The notes under the pieces are model-generated. The model was not told the origin of the DNA and made no database searches. It saw only the letters and a program-made list of their open reading frames with translations. DNA of 36,914 bases, taken from assembly GCF_006345805.1 (NCBI RefSeq), contig NW_021824661.1, positions 1 to 36,914 on the forward strand. The letters run 5' to 3'. Below, one piece after another: positions 1 to 10,865 of the stretch. This DNA comes from Octopus sinensis. Taxonomy: Eukaryota. How positions within the stretch are numbered: the first letter of the stretch is position 1; the number at the start of each line of letters is the position of its first letter. The translations under genes were made by a program, and so were the position numbers.

Positions 1-384
1 TCGACTTATTCTCAAATTATTAATCCATTCTACTATTGGTTTTTGTAGTCATTTTTAGTACGTTTGTCATTCAATTTGATAATTGGGTCATTAAAAGTCA
101 CGAACAAAATTAGTGCCATGATGTTAGTCACTCAATATTCGTTTATCGATCATTCAATTTCGCACTTTGGTCAAAGAATTTAGCATTTACATCATTCAAA
201 ATAAAATGCCCGTTTCGCTGGAATCTATTTGACACTTCGAGCAATCAAATTAGCGCGAAAGCTGTTTTGTTGTTTTTTTTTCTCATGATCATTGTTATCA
301 TAGTCATGTTTTCATCCATTGTTTATACTTTAGCCACTCTATTGCTTCCATGCTTTTCTATGTATTCTTTTAGTTTTGCAAAGG

Positions 385-800
385 TACTCTCTTTTACTTG
401 TTTCAGTCATTTGACTGCGGCCATGCTGGAGCACCGCCTTTAATCAAGCAAATCGACCCCAGGACTTATTCTTTGTAAACCCAGTACTTATTCTATCGGT
501 CTCTTTTTGCCGAACCGCTAAGTTACGGGGACGTAAACACACAGCATCGGTTGTCAAGCAATGCTAGGGGGACAAGCACAGACACACAAACACACACACA
601 TACATATATATATATATATTATATATACATATATACGACGGGCTTCTTTCAGTTTCCGTCTACCAAATCCAGTCACAAGGCATTGGTCGGCCCGGGGCTA
701 TAGCAGAAGACACTTGTCCAAGATGCCACGCAGTGGGACTGAACCCGGAACCATGTAGCTGGTTAGCAAGCTACTTACCACGCAGCCACTCCTGCGCCTA
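385..800 (-). mobile_element. tRNA-derived CORE-type SINE, family A, full length
   Basis: Minus strand reads GGCGCAGG-A box TGGCTGTG..-B box GGTTCAGTCCC, a CORE-like GGCATCTTGGACAAGTGTC segment, an internal (TA)/(TG) microsatellite, and a 3' stem-loop CAGTC-AAAT-GACTG with an AGTAAAAGAG tail. Near-identical copies at 4768, 5460, 20196 and 33301. Confidence 0.92.
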
Positions 801-1076
801 TTTGTACGTGTATTTGTTGTTAAATACTTCATGACATCACATTCCAGGCTTTTCAATATTTTTCAAGAATATCACAATTACAAAAATGCTTATTTTCTTT
901 GATTTTGAATATATTATGTTGCGACATGTGTTCTTCCTCTGCATAGTATCTCTTGTTGCGAAAAGTATATATTTCTTTGATTTTGCATTTTTTTCTTTCA
1001 TCAGAAAAAGGGTGCTGCTCACTCTGGGATAATTATTTCTTTACAGTCTTGATGAGGAGAGTTCGTTTGAAAGGAT

Positions 1077-2325
1077 TTAATCGTCTATTTCCTGGCAGAC
1101 GAAGTATCACGAGAAGTAGGTCTGGATGTGTCTATACCAAGGAACACAATTTTCTAGAGTGATAGCGTCGATGTTACGCCTTGCAACCAGTTGTATAACA
1201 TATGATCGCCATTCTTCCATGGTCATGCCTGCTTCTTCTGCAGCTGCCCGGTCGCCAACCCTTTGCTGCAACTCAGCTCGAGCGAGGTCCTGCTTCACAA
1301 CCGCTTTTAAAGTAGAATGCACCGTTTCCAATTAAGAAACGGCGTCAACTGGGAGCTAGCCACTGGGGATGGAAGCACTCCGTCGGTTACGACGATGAGG
1401 GTTCCGGTTGATCCGAATCAACGGAACAGCCTGCTCGTGAAATTAACATGTAAGTGGCTGAGCACTCCACAGACACGTGCACCACAGACACGTAGTTCTC
1501 GGGGATATTCAGCGTGACACAGAGAGTGACAAGGCCGGCCCCTTGAAATACAGGTACAACAGAAACAGGAAGTAAGAGTGAGAGAAAGTTGTGGTGAAAG
1601 AGTACAGCAGGGATTACCACCACCCCCTACCGGAGCTTCGTGGAGCTTTTAGGTGTGTTCGCTCAATAAACACTCACAACGCCCTTTCTGGGAATCGAAA
1701 CCGCGATCGTATGACGGCGAGTCCGCTGCCCATTGCGCCTCCGCGGGAGCTAGCCACTAACGCGTGGCCGCGTGTTGTCGTAGATCAAGTAGACGAATTC
1801 ATCCACTGCGAAAATGTCGGCACATGTTCGAACTGTTTCCACCAAGAACCCCTCGAAAGAGTTTCGTGTAACCGTATCATTCGCAATGGAGTTGTGAACC
1901 AGGCCGATTTCTCCCGACACCTCGAAAGTGACGTTGCAGTTTTTCTCAAAACTCGGAGAACGGGAACGCCAAATGTTGTACCCACATTCATCAATAAAAA
2001 TGTAATAGTCGACGACATCCTCTTCTATGAACCAATGCGCGTACTCTTAATGCTTTTCCAGAATTCTTGGGGGTATTTCTTGTACTTGGGACGTACCCGG
2101 CCAAATTCATAGTTATCAACATCCCATCTAGGGCCCGTGAGATTGCAGACACGGAAACAGGGAGCTTTCCGGGCAATGCTGTCTCTAAGTCCCACTTCAT
2201 TTGTAAAGGATTGCGAGTGGGTTGGCATCAATAATCACCTGAAGCCCGGCTCGCATTTCCTCATCAACCTTAACGTGGTGGGCACCTCCTCTGGGCGACT
2301 TGTGGCGCCTCCTAGAACTGGGAGG
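1077..2325 (-). pseudogene. Decayed IS630-Tc1-mariner (DDE_3-like) transposase, interrupted by a SINE
   Basis: Manual minus-strand translation across frameshifts and stops: PRGGAHHVKVDEEM..DANP..MKWDLETALPGKLPVSVSAISRALDGMLIT..YAHWF..YIFIDECGYNIW..KNCNVTF..GLVH..YLIYDNTRP..[SINE]..(T)PFLN..ETVHSTLKAVVKQDL..WYRHIQTYF..stop at 1077-1079. The FIDE, DN and PFLNxxE catalytic motifs are recognisable. No TIRs found. Confidence 0.85.
1365..1744 (-). mobile_element. tRNA-derived SINE, family C, tail type A, inserted into the transposase
   Basis: Head GGAGGCGCAATGG..GCAGCGGACTCG..GGTTTCGATTCCC matches the copies at 19150 and 20887. Perfect 14-bp target-site duplication GGGAGCTAGCCACT at 1351-1364 and 1745-1758. 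About 12 nt of the A box region is deleted. Confidence 0.92.
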
Positions 2326-2819
2326 ACGCTGTGAATTTATTATATTATTATGCTATTGTATACAATTTATTTAATTTTATATTAAATATCAAATGATTCA
2401 TAGTATATATAAATTAGTAAGATATAAAATGTTTATTTTACGTAAAAAATAGCGGTCGGATCGCTGAGAGTATTATGTGGCCATGAGGAGGCGCGGTGAC
2501 CCCAAAGTTTGAGAATACCTGCCTTAAATGAAGAGAGCATTGATCAACCTTGTCCCTGGTATAGTAAATCAGAACAAATATATAAGAAAGGTTGGTCACA
2601 TTGGGCAAGGCGTTAATCAAGGAAAATACTGCAAACACTCAGAAACAGTCTAAGTGCAAGGCAACAAGGCTACTTTCAATTCAAAATTATTATTTAAAAA
2701 TGAAATATGGTAATATAATTCTAGTCGGAATAGGGGAAAAATTATTTGAAACAAATCACAAAATAAACAACAAAAAAATTAACTGCTAAAAAGAAACGAA
2801 GAAAAGTTAATGATAAGAA

Positions 2820-3005
2820 CAATAATAATTATGATGACGACGTCGACGACGACGTTGATGATGATGATGATAGCAACAATAATAATAGCAAAAAGATGAA
2901 GAAGAAGAAGAAGAAGGAGGAGGAGGAGGAGGAGGAGAAGAAGAAGAAGAAGAAGAAGAAGAAGAAGAAGAAGAAGAAGAAGAAGAAGAAGAAGAAGAAG
3001 AAAGG
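2820..3005. repeat. (GAT)/(GAC)/(GAA)/(GGA) trinucleotide microsatellite
   Basis: Direct reading. Confidence 0.95.
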
Positions 3006-3439
3006 AATAGCAGCAACCCCTAAAATTTGAAATTCAAAATCGAAATTATTTTCTTTTTAACATGAGAAAGAAGTGTGTTTTCTGTTTATAATTTTGAATT
3101 TCTGTTTATAATTTTCAATTTACAATAGAGAGAAAATTAATTTCACACTAACAACAATTTATGGAAATTATTAAAAAAAAAAAAAAAGGAGCCAATACAA
3201 CAAGCATATTTCTTTCCCCTTTCCCTAATCATTATTAATGTTCTATTCAATTTGTTTTATTTTTTTGTCTTCGTTACATTATAATGCTATGATTATTGTT
3301 ATTTTTTTTTATTAATTAACCGACTCCCAGATATTTTTTATGTTTTTTTAAAATTTATAATTTAATTCTTGTAATGCACTCATCTATCTGTCGCCCTTGT
3401 AATAACAAAATTTCATATCAGGGGTAATGGCGGCAGAGG

Positions 3440-3985
3440 ACTTTTGGTGAAATTTGAGTTAATTAATTGGATCGATGTCAGTCTTTGACCAGTAACTGTT
3501 TCTCAACTCAGAAGGGATGAGCGCAGTTTGAACTCAATATTTAAAGCAACGTAAACCCGTGAGCCAACAGAGTCAATAGCACTCAGGTCAAAACCTTTCT
3601 TGCATTTTGTCAGTCTTGAGGTTCTGAGTTCAAATTTTCTCGCGTTCGACTTTGCCGCTCAACCTTTCGAGATCGATGAAATAATTACCACTCAAGTATT
3701 GGGGCTAATTAAATCGACTTAGCTCTTACCACAAAATCGCTGGCATTGATAAATAATTTGAAATCCATATATAAGGCAACGTAATGAGCAAAGTGCTAAA
3801 ATCATTAGCACTCTGGGTAAATCACTTGACGACCTTTCGTCCGTTTAGGTTCAGATGCCGACTTTGCCTTTCATTTTTTGGGGAGTGGGGGTGATATAAA
3901 ATAATAATGAGTTGAGCAGAGCGAGACGTTGTTATCGATTTATACCCTGCCCCGAAATTGTTGACTTTGCAGCAACATTGGAAGG
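3440..3985. mobile_element. Cluster of three highly decayed family-B SINEs (one minus ~3440-3550, two plus ~3565-3775 and ~3775-3985)
   Basis: Degenerate matches to GAGTTCAAATT..GTCGACTTTGCC..TTTC..GTCGAT..AAGTACC..GGGG..ATCGACTT of the younger copies at 10635 and 35222. Confidence 0.6.
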
Positions 3986-3999
3986 AAATATGTAAATAT

Positions 4000-4285
<286 letters not shown>

Positions 4286-4424
4286 AATATATCTAAATCT
4301 CTCTAAAGGAGACTACGGCAGCAGTACTGGATATTAATATTTATCGCCAAGCTACCATGGTAGTCCAGGAAAATAGGACGAATTCTGCCATTGATTAGCT
4401 CTAAGAGGACATCGCTTCTCGTTA

Positions 4425-4711
4425 GCTATGTGACACACAAAACTGTATCCATCAGAACTTTCGAACAGGGAGGTCAGCAGATTCCCCTTGCTGGTTCAAC
4501 AACCACAGACTGGTTTCCGGCTATTTTCCCCTTCTCAATGTGGAGTAGCCGAACCCAGAAGGGGTCGCTGCCCGACTGTCTGTTCGAAGGTTGATTTATG
4601 TATATTTAACGGAACACATCCACTGATTTTCAAAAATAGAAATATTAAATATTTCTAAATCTCTCCCTTATTCGAATGTTGTAATTGACACAGGTTTGTG
4701 TGTCACATAGC
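4425..4711. mobile_element. MITE-like element with 22-bp TIRs and TA flanks
   Basis: TAGCTATGTGACACACAAAACTGT (4423-4446) is the reverse complement of ACAGGTTTGTGTGTCACATAGCTA (4690-4713) with 1 mismatch. TA at both ends. Confidence 0.75.
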
Positions 4712-4767
4712 TAGCTAGGGGCTATGGAATCCTAGACCAAATCAACACCAGAATATATATATATATA

Positions 4768-5187
4768 TACTCTTTTCTCTTTTACTCTTTTACTTGTTTC
4801 ATTCATTTTGACTGCGGCCATGCTGGAGCACCGCCTTTAGTCGAGCAAATCGACCCCGGAACTTATTCTTTGTAAGCCAAGTACTTATTCTATCGGTCAC
4901 TTTTGCCGAACCGCTAAGAAACGGGGACATAAACACACCAGCATCGGTTGTCAAGCAATGCTAGGGGGACAAACACAGACACACAAACATACACATACAT
5001 ATATATATATACATATATACGACAGGCTTCTTTCAGTTTCCGTCTACCAAATCCACTCACAAGGCATTGGTCGGCCCGGAGCTATAGCAGCAGAAGACAC
5101 TTGCCCAAGATGCCACGCAGTGGGACTGAACCCTGAACCATGTGGTTGGTTAGCAAGCTACTTACCACACAGCCACTCCTGCACCTA
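4768..5187 (-). mobile_element. Family-A CORE-type SINE, full length
   Basis: Same structure as 385-800, high identity by eye. Confidence 0.92.
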
Positions 5188-5194
5188 TATATAG

Positions 5195-5350
5195 TTGAAA
5201 TTTACAGAAAAACAAATGATAAAGACAAGTGTATAAACAAATAAACAACAGGCAAGTTAATAGTTTGACTCTCGGGAAGATGAGGAAGTCTTTTACGTTT
5301 GAGCCTGCGCTCTTACACAGAAAGGAACAAGAGGAAATAAACAGAGAGAA
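5195..5350 (-). mobile_element. Dispersed ~160-bp repeat with decayed hammerhead-like motif (copy 1 of 3)
   Basis: Homologous to 22570-22750 (+) and 26808-26960 (-). Minus strand has CTTTCTGTGTAAGAGCGCAGGCTC-AAACGTAAAAGAC at ~5288-5325. Confidence 0.7.
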
Positions 5351-5459
5351 TGTGTGTGTGCGTGTGTGCGTGTGTGTGTGTCTGTGTCTGTCAGTCTGTC
5401 TGTGTATACATGTACGACAAGAATGTAGAATATCACATATTTATTTGGTTTTTATACCA

Positions 5460-5621
5460 TAGGCGCAGGAGTGGCTGTGTGGAGTAGCTTGCTAACCAAC
5501 CACATGGTTCCGGGTTCAGTCCCACTGCGTGGCATCTTGGGCAAGTGTCTTCTACTATAGCCCCGGGCCGACCAATGCCTTGTGAGTGGATTTGGTAGGC
5601 GGAAACTGAAAGAAGCCTGTC

Positions 5622-5665
<44 letters not shown>

Positions 5666-5875
5666 TTGTGTGTCTGTGTTTGTCCCTCTAGCATTGCTTG
5701 ACAACCGATGCTGGTGTGTTTACGGTCCCCGTCACTTAGCGAGACCAATAGAATAAGTACTGGGCTTACAAAAAGAATAAGTCCCGGGGTCGAGTTGCTC
5801 GACTAAAGGCGGTGCTTCAGCATGGCCGCAGTCAAATGACTGAAACAAGTAAAAGAGTAAAAGAGTAAAAGAGTA
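5460..5875 (+). mobile_element. Family-A CORE-type SINE, full length with a small internal deletion
   Basis: TAGGCGCAGGAGTGGCTGTGTGG..GGTTCAGTCCC..GGCATCTTGGGCAAGTGTC..CAGTCAAATGACTGAAAC-(AAGTAAAAGAG)n. Confidence 0.92.
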
Positions 5876-6356
5876 CAAGACCAACGATATTTTCCATCCC
5901 ATCAGCGTATTTTCTTTGATATAAAAAAAAGGTGTGGAATATCAACCATTTTAATATATCCGAAATCTATACGAATAAAATGTTATCAAGGTAACCCATA
6001 ACAACTTGAATTGAAGGCGAACGGATATAATAACTGAACTACATATCTGCCATGATTTATTAATTCATATTACCTGTTATTATATGTGTGACTGCGCGTA
6101 TGTGTATGTATACCTGTGTGTATCTATACGTGTGTGATTTTCAGTTCATTTTCCATTTTCTCCTGCCATTTCTCTCCCCACCTCACAGGATATTTTCGGT
6201 ATTTCTACTCTATAGGCGCGACCTTGCTCTGTGGACAAGATTTCGCTTTGCATGAATGTAGCTTCGGATCCAGTCACATTTTGTGACACTTTGTGCTGGG
6301 GACTGCTGTTCTATTATGGACCTCTCTCCTCCCCACCCTCTCTCCCTCTTTCTCTT

Positions 6357-6388
<32 letters not shown>

Positions 6389-6408
6389 CTCTCTGTATAT
6401 ATACATAT

Positions 6409-6641
6409 ATCAAAATAAGCAACAATGATATCGATTTTGATTGTAATCACCTTATTTTGAAATTTCGAGGTGCAATCCCACGGTCATTCATGAGCGAAGG
6501 GGCCACAATACACAAACATACATAATCCACATACGTAGACCAAGACAAAGTTTATCACTTTGTAATCAAAATAAACAAAGATATACAGGGGTAATGCAGT
6601 GGGTTGCATTACCTCTAGATATCCATGCTGCTTATTTTGAT
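6409..6641. repeat. Foldback/MITE-like module with imperfect 24-bp inverted repeats and an inner 77-nt hairpin
   Basis: ATCAAAATAAGCAACAATGATATC (6409-6432) vs GATATCCATGCTGCTTATTTTGAT (6618-6641): 21/24 complementary. Inner hairpin 6565-6641. 21-bp direct repeat TAATCACCTTATTTTGAAATT at 6444 and 6642. Confidence 0.6.
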
Positions 6642-7069
6642 TAATCACCTTATTTTGAAATTGTATGGATAATACCTTACTAATTTCTTGTTCCTCAACT
6701 TAAGTACCACATTCATCCGAATCTAAATTTTTCACTGAACTCATCTACCATGCTTATATATATATGTGTTTGTATAATACATAATCTACCATCATGAGTT
6801 TGAAATTTAAGCAGATAAGATTCTAAACAAGTTTGCGGGTGCACGTGAGCACGTGTGCATGCCAGTGTGTTTCTATTTGTAAAACTCTCATCAATGTTGC
6901 ATCTTGTAATTTAAAATAATTAAATATGTATGTTAATGACGTAATTATATAAATTGTCATTATGTACACCCTTCAAACATCAGTCAGAAAAATAGAATTA
7001 TCCATCATATGTAAAATCTCCTTTTGTCTGCTCGTTTCTATTTCCTATGCACTTAGACACGTGCACGCG

Positions 7070-7114
7070 CACACACATACACACACCCATACACACATAT
7101 ATATATAATTATAA

Positions 7115-7170
<56 letters not shown>

Positions 7171-7786
7171 ATATATTATATATATGCTAATATAATAAAC
7201 ACCACGCAGATATATTGTACTTTTGTGTGTATATTTATTATATATGCTTACATAGATATAATAGGACATGAAAATACGTGCGTATAAAGAGAAATATGCA
7301 AATAGATTGATGCCTATCTATCTACCAATCTGTTGACAGATAGATAGATAGATAGATATACAGATAGATAGAGAAAGAGACAGACAGATAGCGGGAGAGA
7401 GACATGCGTAAAACGGATAAATTAAACCGTTAATAAAATCAAAATCAATATACAGAGAAAAATGTGTATGTGTATACGAATGTATAGATAGATAGATAGA
7501 TATGTTTCTTTATTAGCCACACAGGGCAAATTACAAGGTAGAGCTTTTCTTTTGGGGGTAAAAAAAGGGGGTTTGGTTTTCGATCAAAAGGGATCGTAAA
7601 GGGAAACAAAGAGGACAAAAAAGGGGGGAATAACATTTTAAAAAAGGGGGAGAGGAAAAAAAGGGAAATGAAAAAAAATTGATCAATAGGGATATAGATA
7701 GATAGATAGATAGATAGACAGACAGAGAAACAGACAGGCAGACAGGCAGACAGGCAGAAAGCAAGAATGACAAATAGATAGATAGG

Positions 7787-7828
<42 letters not shown>

Positions 7829-7886
7829 GATAGATAGATACATACATACATACATACATAACTACATACATACATACATACATACA

Positions 7887-7920
<34 letters not shown>

Positions 7921-7925
7921 CATAC
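7070..7925. repeat. Compound (CA)/(TA)/(GATA)/(GACA)/(TACA) microsatellite arrays with unique inserts
   Basis: Direct reading. Confidence 0.9.
7502..7690 (-). mobile_element. Probable non-LTR retroelement 3' end (GCCCTGTGTGGCTAATAAAGAAAC followed by a (TATC)n tail)
   Basis: Minus strand ends in AATAAAGAAAC then (TATC)n. It resembles the family-B SINE tail GCCCCTTGTGGGTAATAAAGAAAT. Family not identified. Confidence 0.4.
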
Positions 7926-8319
7926 AGAGTCTGATGAAGAAATAAAATAAGGTTATGATACATAGATTTTGAGTACATCCTGAAAGTTGGAGACAAACAG
8001 ACAAGACATGTAGTAAAAGTAAAAGAGAGAGAGAGGGGGAAAGAGAAGAAGTGAATGCTACAGAAATTTATCAAAGCTATTATAACAACCAAGGAAGCTT
8101 CACGGAAAACGATACAGAACAATATGCATGCACAAACAAAGGACAACTACTTAAAATGAAATATATATAAAACTCAGAAAATTATATTTAACCAATTTCT
8201 CAAGAATCCCTTCGAACATATTGTTCCATATGTTGTTGAGTACTTAAAATATTTGTGCTTTCAGCGAATAGAACTGCAATAATCATCATAATGGTAAATC
8301 TTGACAACAAGAACTAATC

Positions 8320-8463
8320 ACAATCACAACGATAACAACAGCAAAGATAGAAACATTGTTGTTGTTGTTATTATTAACATTATTATTATTATTATTATTG
8401 TTATTATTGTTATTGTTATTATTATTATTATTAGTAATATTATTATTATTATTATTATTATTA

Positions 8464-8495
<32 letters not shown>

Positions 8496-8573
8496 GATGA
8501 TGTCATGATGATAATAATGATAATAATAATAATATAATAATTAATGATAATAATGAAGATAATAATAATAATA

Positions 8574-8619
<46 letters not shown>

Positions 8620-8929
8620 GTAATAATAATAATAATAATAATAATAGTACATAATAATGATAATAACATCGACACATCAACAAAAATAATGCTGATAATG
8701 ATATCACTGATAATATTAATAATAATATTAGAAATACTATTGATAATATGAGGAAGAATATATATCGTATTTATAGTAATGATATTGACAGAAAAAAATT
8801 ATAAATATAAGATTTAAAATGATGATGATGATGATGATAATAATAATAATAATAATAATAATATAATAATAATAACTAATAATAATGATATAATAATTAA
8901 TGATAATAATAATAATAAGAATAATAATA

Positions 8930-8970
<41 letters not shown>

Positions 8971-9060
8971 TAATATAATAATAATAATAATAATATAATA
9001 ATAATAATATAATAATAATAATAATATAATAATGATAATAATAATAATAATAATAATATA
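8320..9060. repeat. Long degenerate (ATT)n then (AAT)n array with a polarity switch at ~8465
   Basis: Direct reading. Confidence 0.95.
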
Positions 9061-9439
9061 CAATGTTATGAAGGAGGTGGGGATTATGAAATGAGATAAA
9101 TTTTTGAAATCACATGAACAAACAGTTCTTTTTTTCTTAATTTCACTTATTTTGCATTTTAATGTTTCAGCCATTTGATTTTTATCTGTTACGTTGAGTG
9201 TAGTTCTTGTTGTTGTTGATGGTGCTGGTGGTGGTGGTGCTGGTGGTGGTGTTGCTGTTCTTCATATTCTTGCCATTATTGTTGTTATTGAAAAGTGCGA
9301 TGGTATCGGAGATGTTGATGGCTGTAATGGTTTTAATAAGTGTGTCGGTGGCGGTGCCGGTGCAATTACGTTGTAGGTGCGGCGGAGTGGTCCCTAGCGT
9401 TGCTATCGATGGCGGAGACGATCTTCCTTTATGCTATTG

Positions 9440-9515
9440 TTGTTGTTGCTATGGTTATTGTTAGTATTTTTTTCTTCTTCTCCTTCATCTCCTTCCTCTT
9501 CTTGTATTATTATTA

Positions 9516-9567
<52 letters not shown>

Positions 9568-9572
9568 TATTA

Positions 9573-9614
<42 letters not shown>

Positions 9615-9642
9615 TATATTATTATTATTATTATTATTATCA

Positions 9643-9673
<31 letters not shown>

Positions 9674-9678
9674 TATTA

Positions 9679-9722
<44 letters not shown>

Positions 9723-10014
9723 TATTATTATCATCATCATCATCATCATCATCATCACCATCATCCTCATCATCATCATCATCATCATCATCATTATTAT
9801 TATTATTATTAAAGGCGGCGAGCTGGCAGTTGTTTGCACGCGGGAGAAATGTTTAGTGGTATTTTGTCAGTTCAAATTCCGACAAGGTCGATTTTGCCTT
9901 TCATACGTGGTCGATGAACTAAGTACCAGTGAAATATTGGTGTCAACGAAATCGACTAGTACCCTCCCGCCAAAAAATTCAGGCTTTGTACCTATTACTG
10001 AAAGGATTCTTCTT

Positions 10015-10099
<85 letters not shown>

Positions 10100-10115
10100 T
10101 ATTATTATTATTATT
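9440..10115. repeat. (TTA)/(TCA)/(TTC) arrays surrounding a family-B SINE
   Basis: Direct reading. Confidence 0.93.
9811..10008 (+). mobile_element. Family-B SINE, diverged, tail type ii
   Basis: AAGGCGGCGAGCTGGCAG..AGTTCAAATTCCG..GGTCGA..GCCTTTCAT..AAGTACCAG..ATCGACT..TTGTACCTATTACTGAAAGGATT running into (CTT)n(ATT)n. Confidence 0.8.
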
Positions 10116-10117
10116 GA

Positions 10118-10447
10118 GTGAGAGAGTAGTGCATGCCATCAAAGTGACACTGGGTAAAACTATGCGAAACCCATCACAACCCATCAAATAACAGTACACC
10201 AGGCACATGCACCACAACCGTATGTGCGCAATGTATTCACCTTATATCAAGATAAACAGTGCATGACCTGGCAAGTGGTGCCCAGCTAGAATTTTCTCCA
10301 ATTCGAGTGGCCCACTGAATAAGAGTTGTTTAAGCATGTTGAACGAAACACCCATGTTTCTAGAGGTGAATTATTCAAGCTCGAAAGAAAATCCCCTCAA
10401 CACATGGCTATGGTGTTCCTCCACAACGTCTGCTTGTGATCAGAGAT
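10118..10447. mobile_element. Probable dispersed retroelement-related repeat, unclassified
   Basis: I recall GTGCATGCCATCAAAGTGACACTGGG..CACCAGGCACATGC..CTTGTGATCAGAGATG as an abundant octopus repeat. It is single-copy in this window, so it cannot be confirmed internally. Confidence 0.4.
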
Positions 10448-10634
10448 GGTTGTAGCGGTAGGGATTGTGGTGATAGCAGCTGCGATTGTCAGACATGCTG
10501 TTTGTAGTTGTTCGTGGAGGTTGTGTTGGTAGTAAAGCGGTGGTAGTAAAGGTTATAGCAGCTTTGATTAGCTTTCCTTACGTCCGGGGCGGAGACGGCG
10601 GTGACAGCGTGGGTAGTGGTGGCGGTAGTGGTTA

Positions 10635-10865
10635 AGGCGGCGAGCTGGTAGAAACGTTAGCACGCCGGGCGAAATGCTTAGCGGTATTTCGTCTGCATTA
10701 CGTTGTGAGTTCAAATTCCGCCGAGGTCGACGTTGCCTTTCATCCTTTCGGGGTCGATAAATTAAGTACCAGTTACGCACTGGGGTCGATGTAATCGACT
10801 TAATACCTATGTCTGTCCTTGTTTGTCCCCTCTGTGTTTAGCCCCTTGTGGGTAATAAAGAAATA
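10635..10865 (+). mobile_element. Family-B tRNA-like SINE, young, tail type i, flanked by a 93-bp direct repeat
   Basis: AAGGCGGCGAGCTGG..GAGTTCAAATTCC (B box)..GGGGTCGATAAATTAAGTACCAG..GTGGGTAATAAAGAAATA. Near-identical inverted copy at 35222-35453. Confidence 0.92.

Noticed and set aside
1-265. GAGCAATCAAATTAGCGCGAAAGCTGT resembling the right TIR of a Tc1-like element
   Set aside because: No partner TIR in the window, and the orientation does not fit the transposase at 1077-2325. Cannot be supported.
561-758. Recurrent ORF MLGGQ..RLPNP.TRHWSARGYS.. (also 4948, 5452, 20373, 33484)
   Set aside because: Antisense reading of the family-A SINE, not a gene family.
1591-2112. 173-aa plus-strand ORF
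   Set aside because: It spans the SINE and the antisense strand of the transposase. The recognisable motifs are on the minus strand.
2470-2521. AAAGTTTGAGAATACCTG resembling a hAT/Charlie TIR
   Set aside because: No matching left TIR or 8-bp TSD found.
3080-3119. 20-bp tandem direct repeat TTCTGTTTATAATTTT(G/C)AAT
   Set aside because: A simple two-copy slippage duplication with no spacer structure.
6150-6300. Strong polypyrimidine acceptor (..CACCTCACAG at 6188)
   Set aside because: No convincing donor, all frames stop within ~100 nt, and the peptides are unrecognisable.
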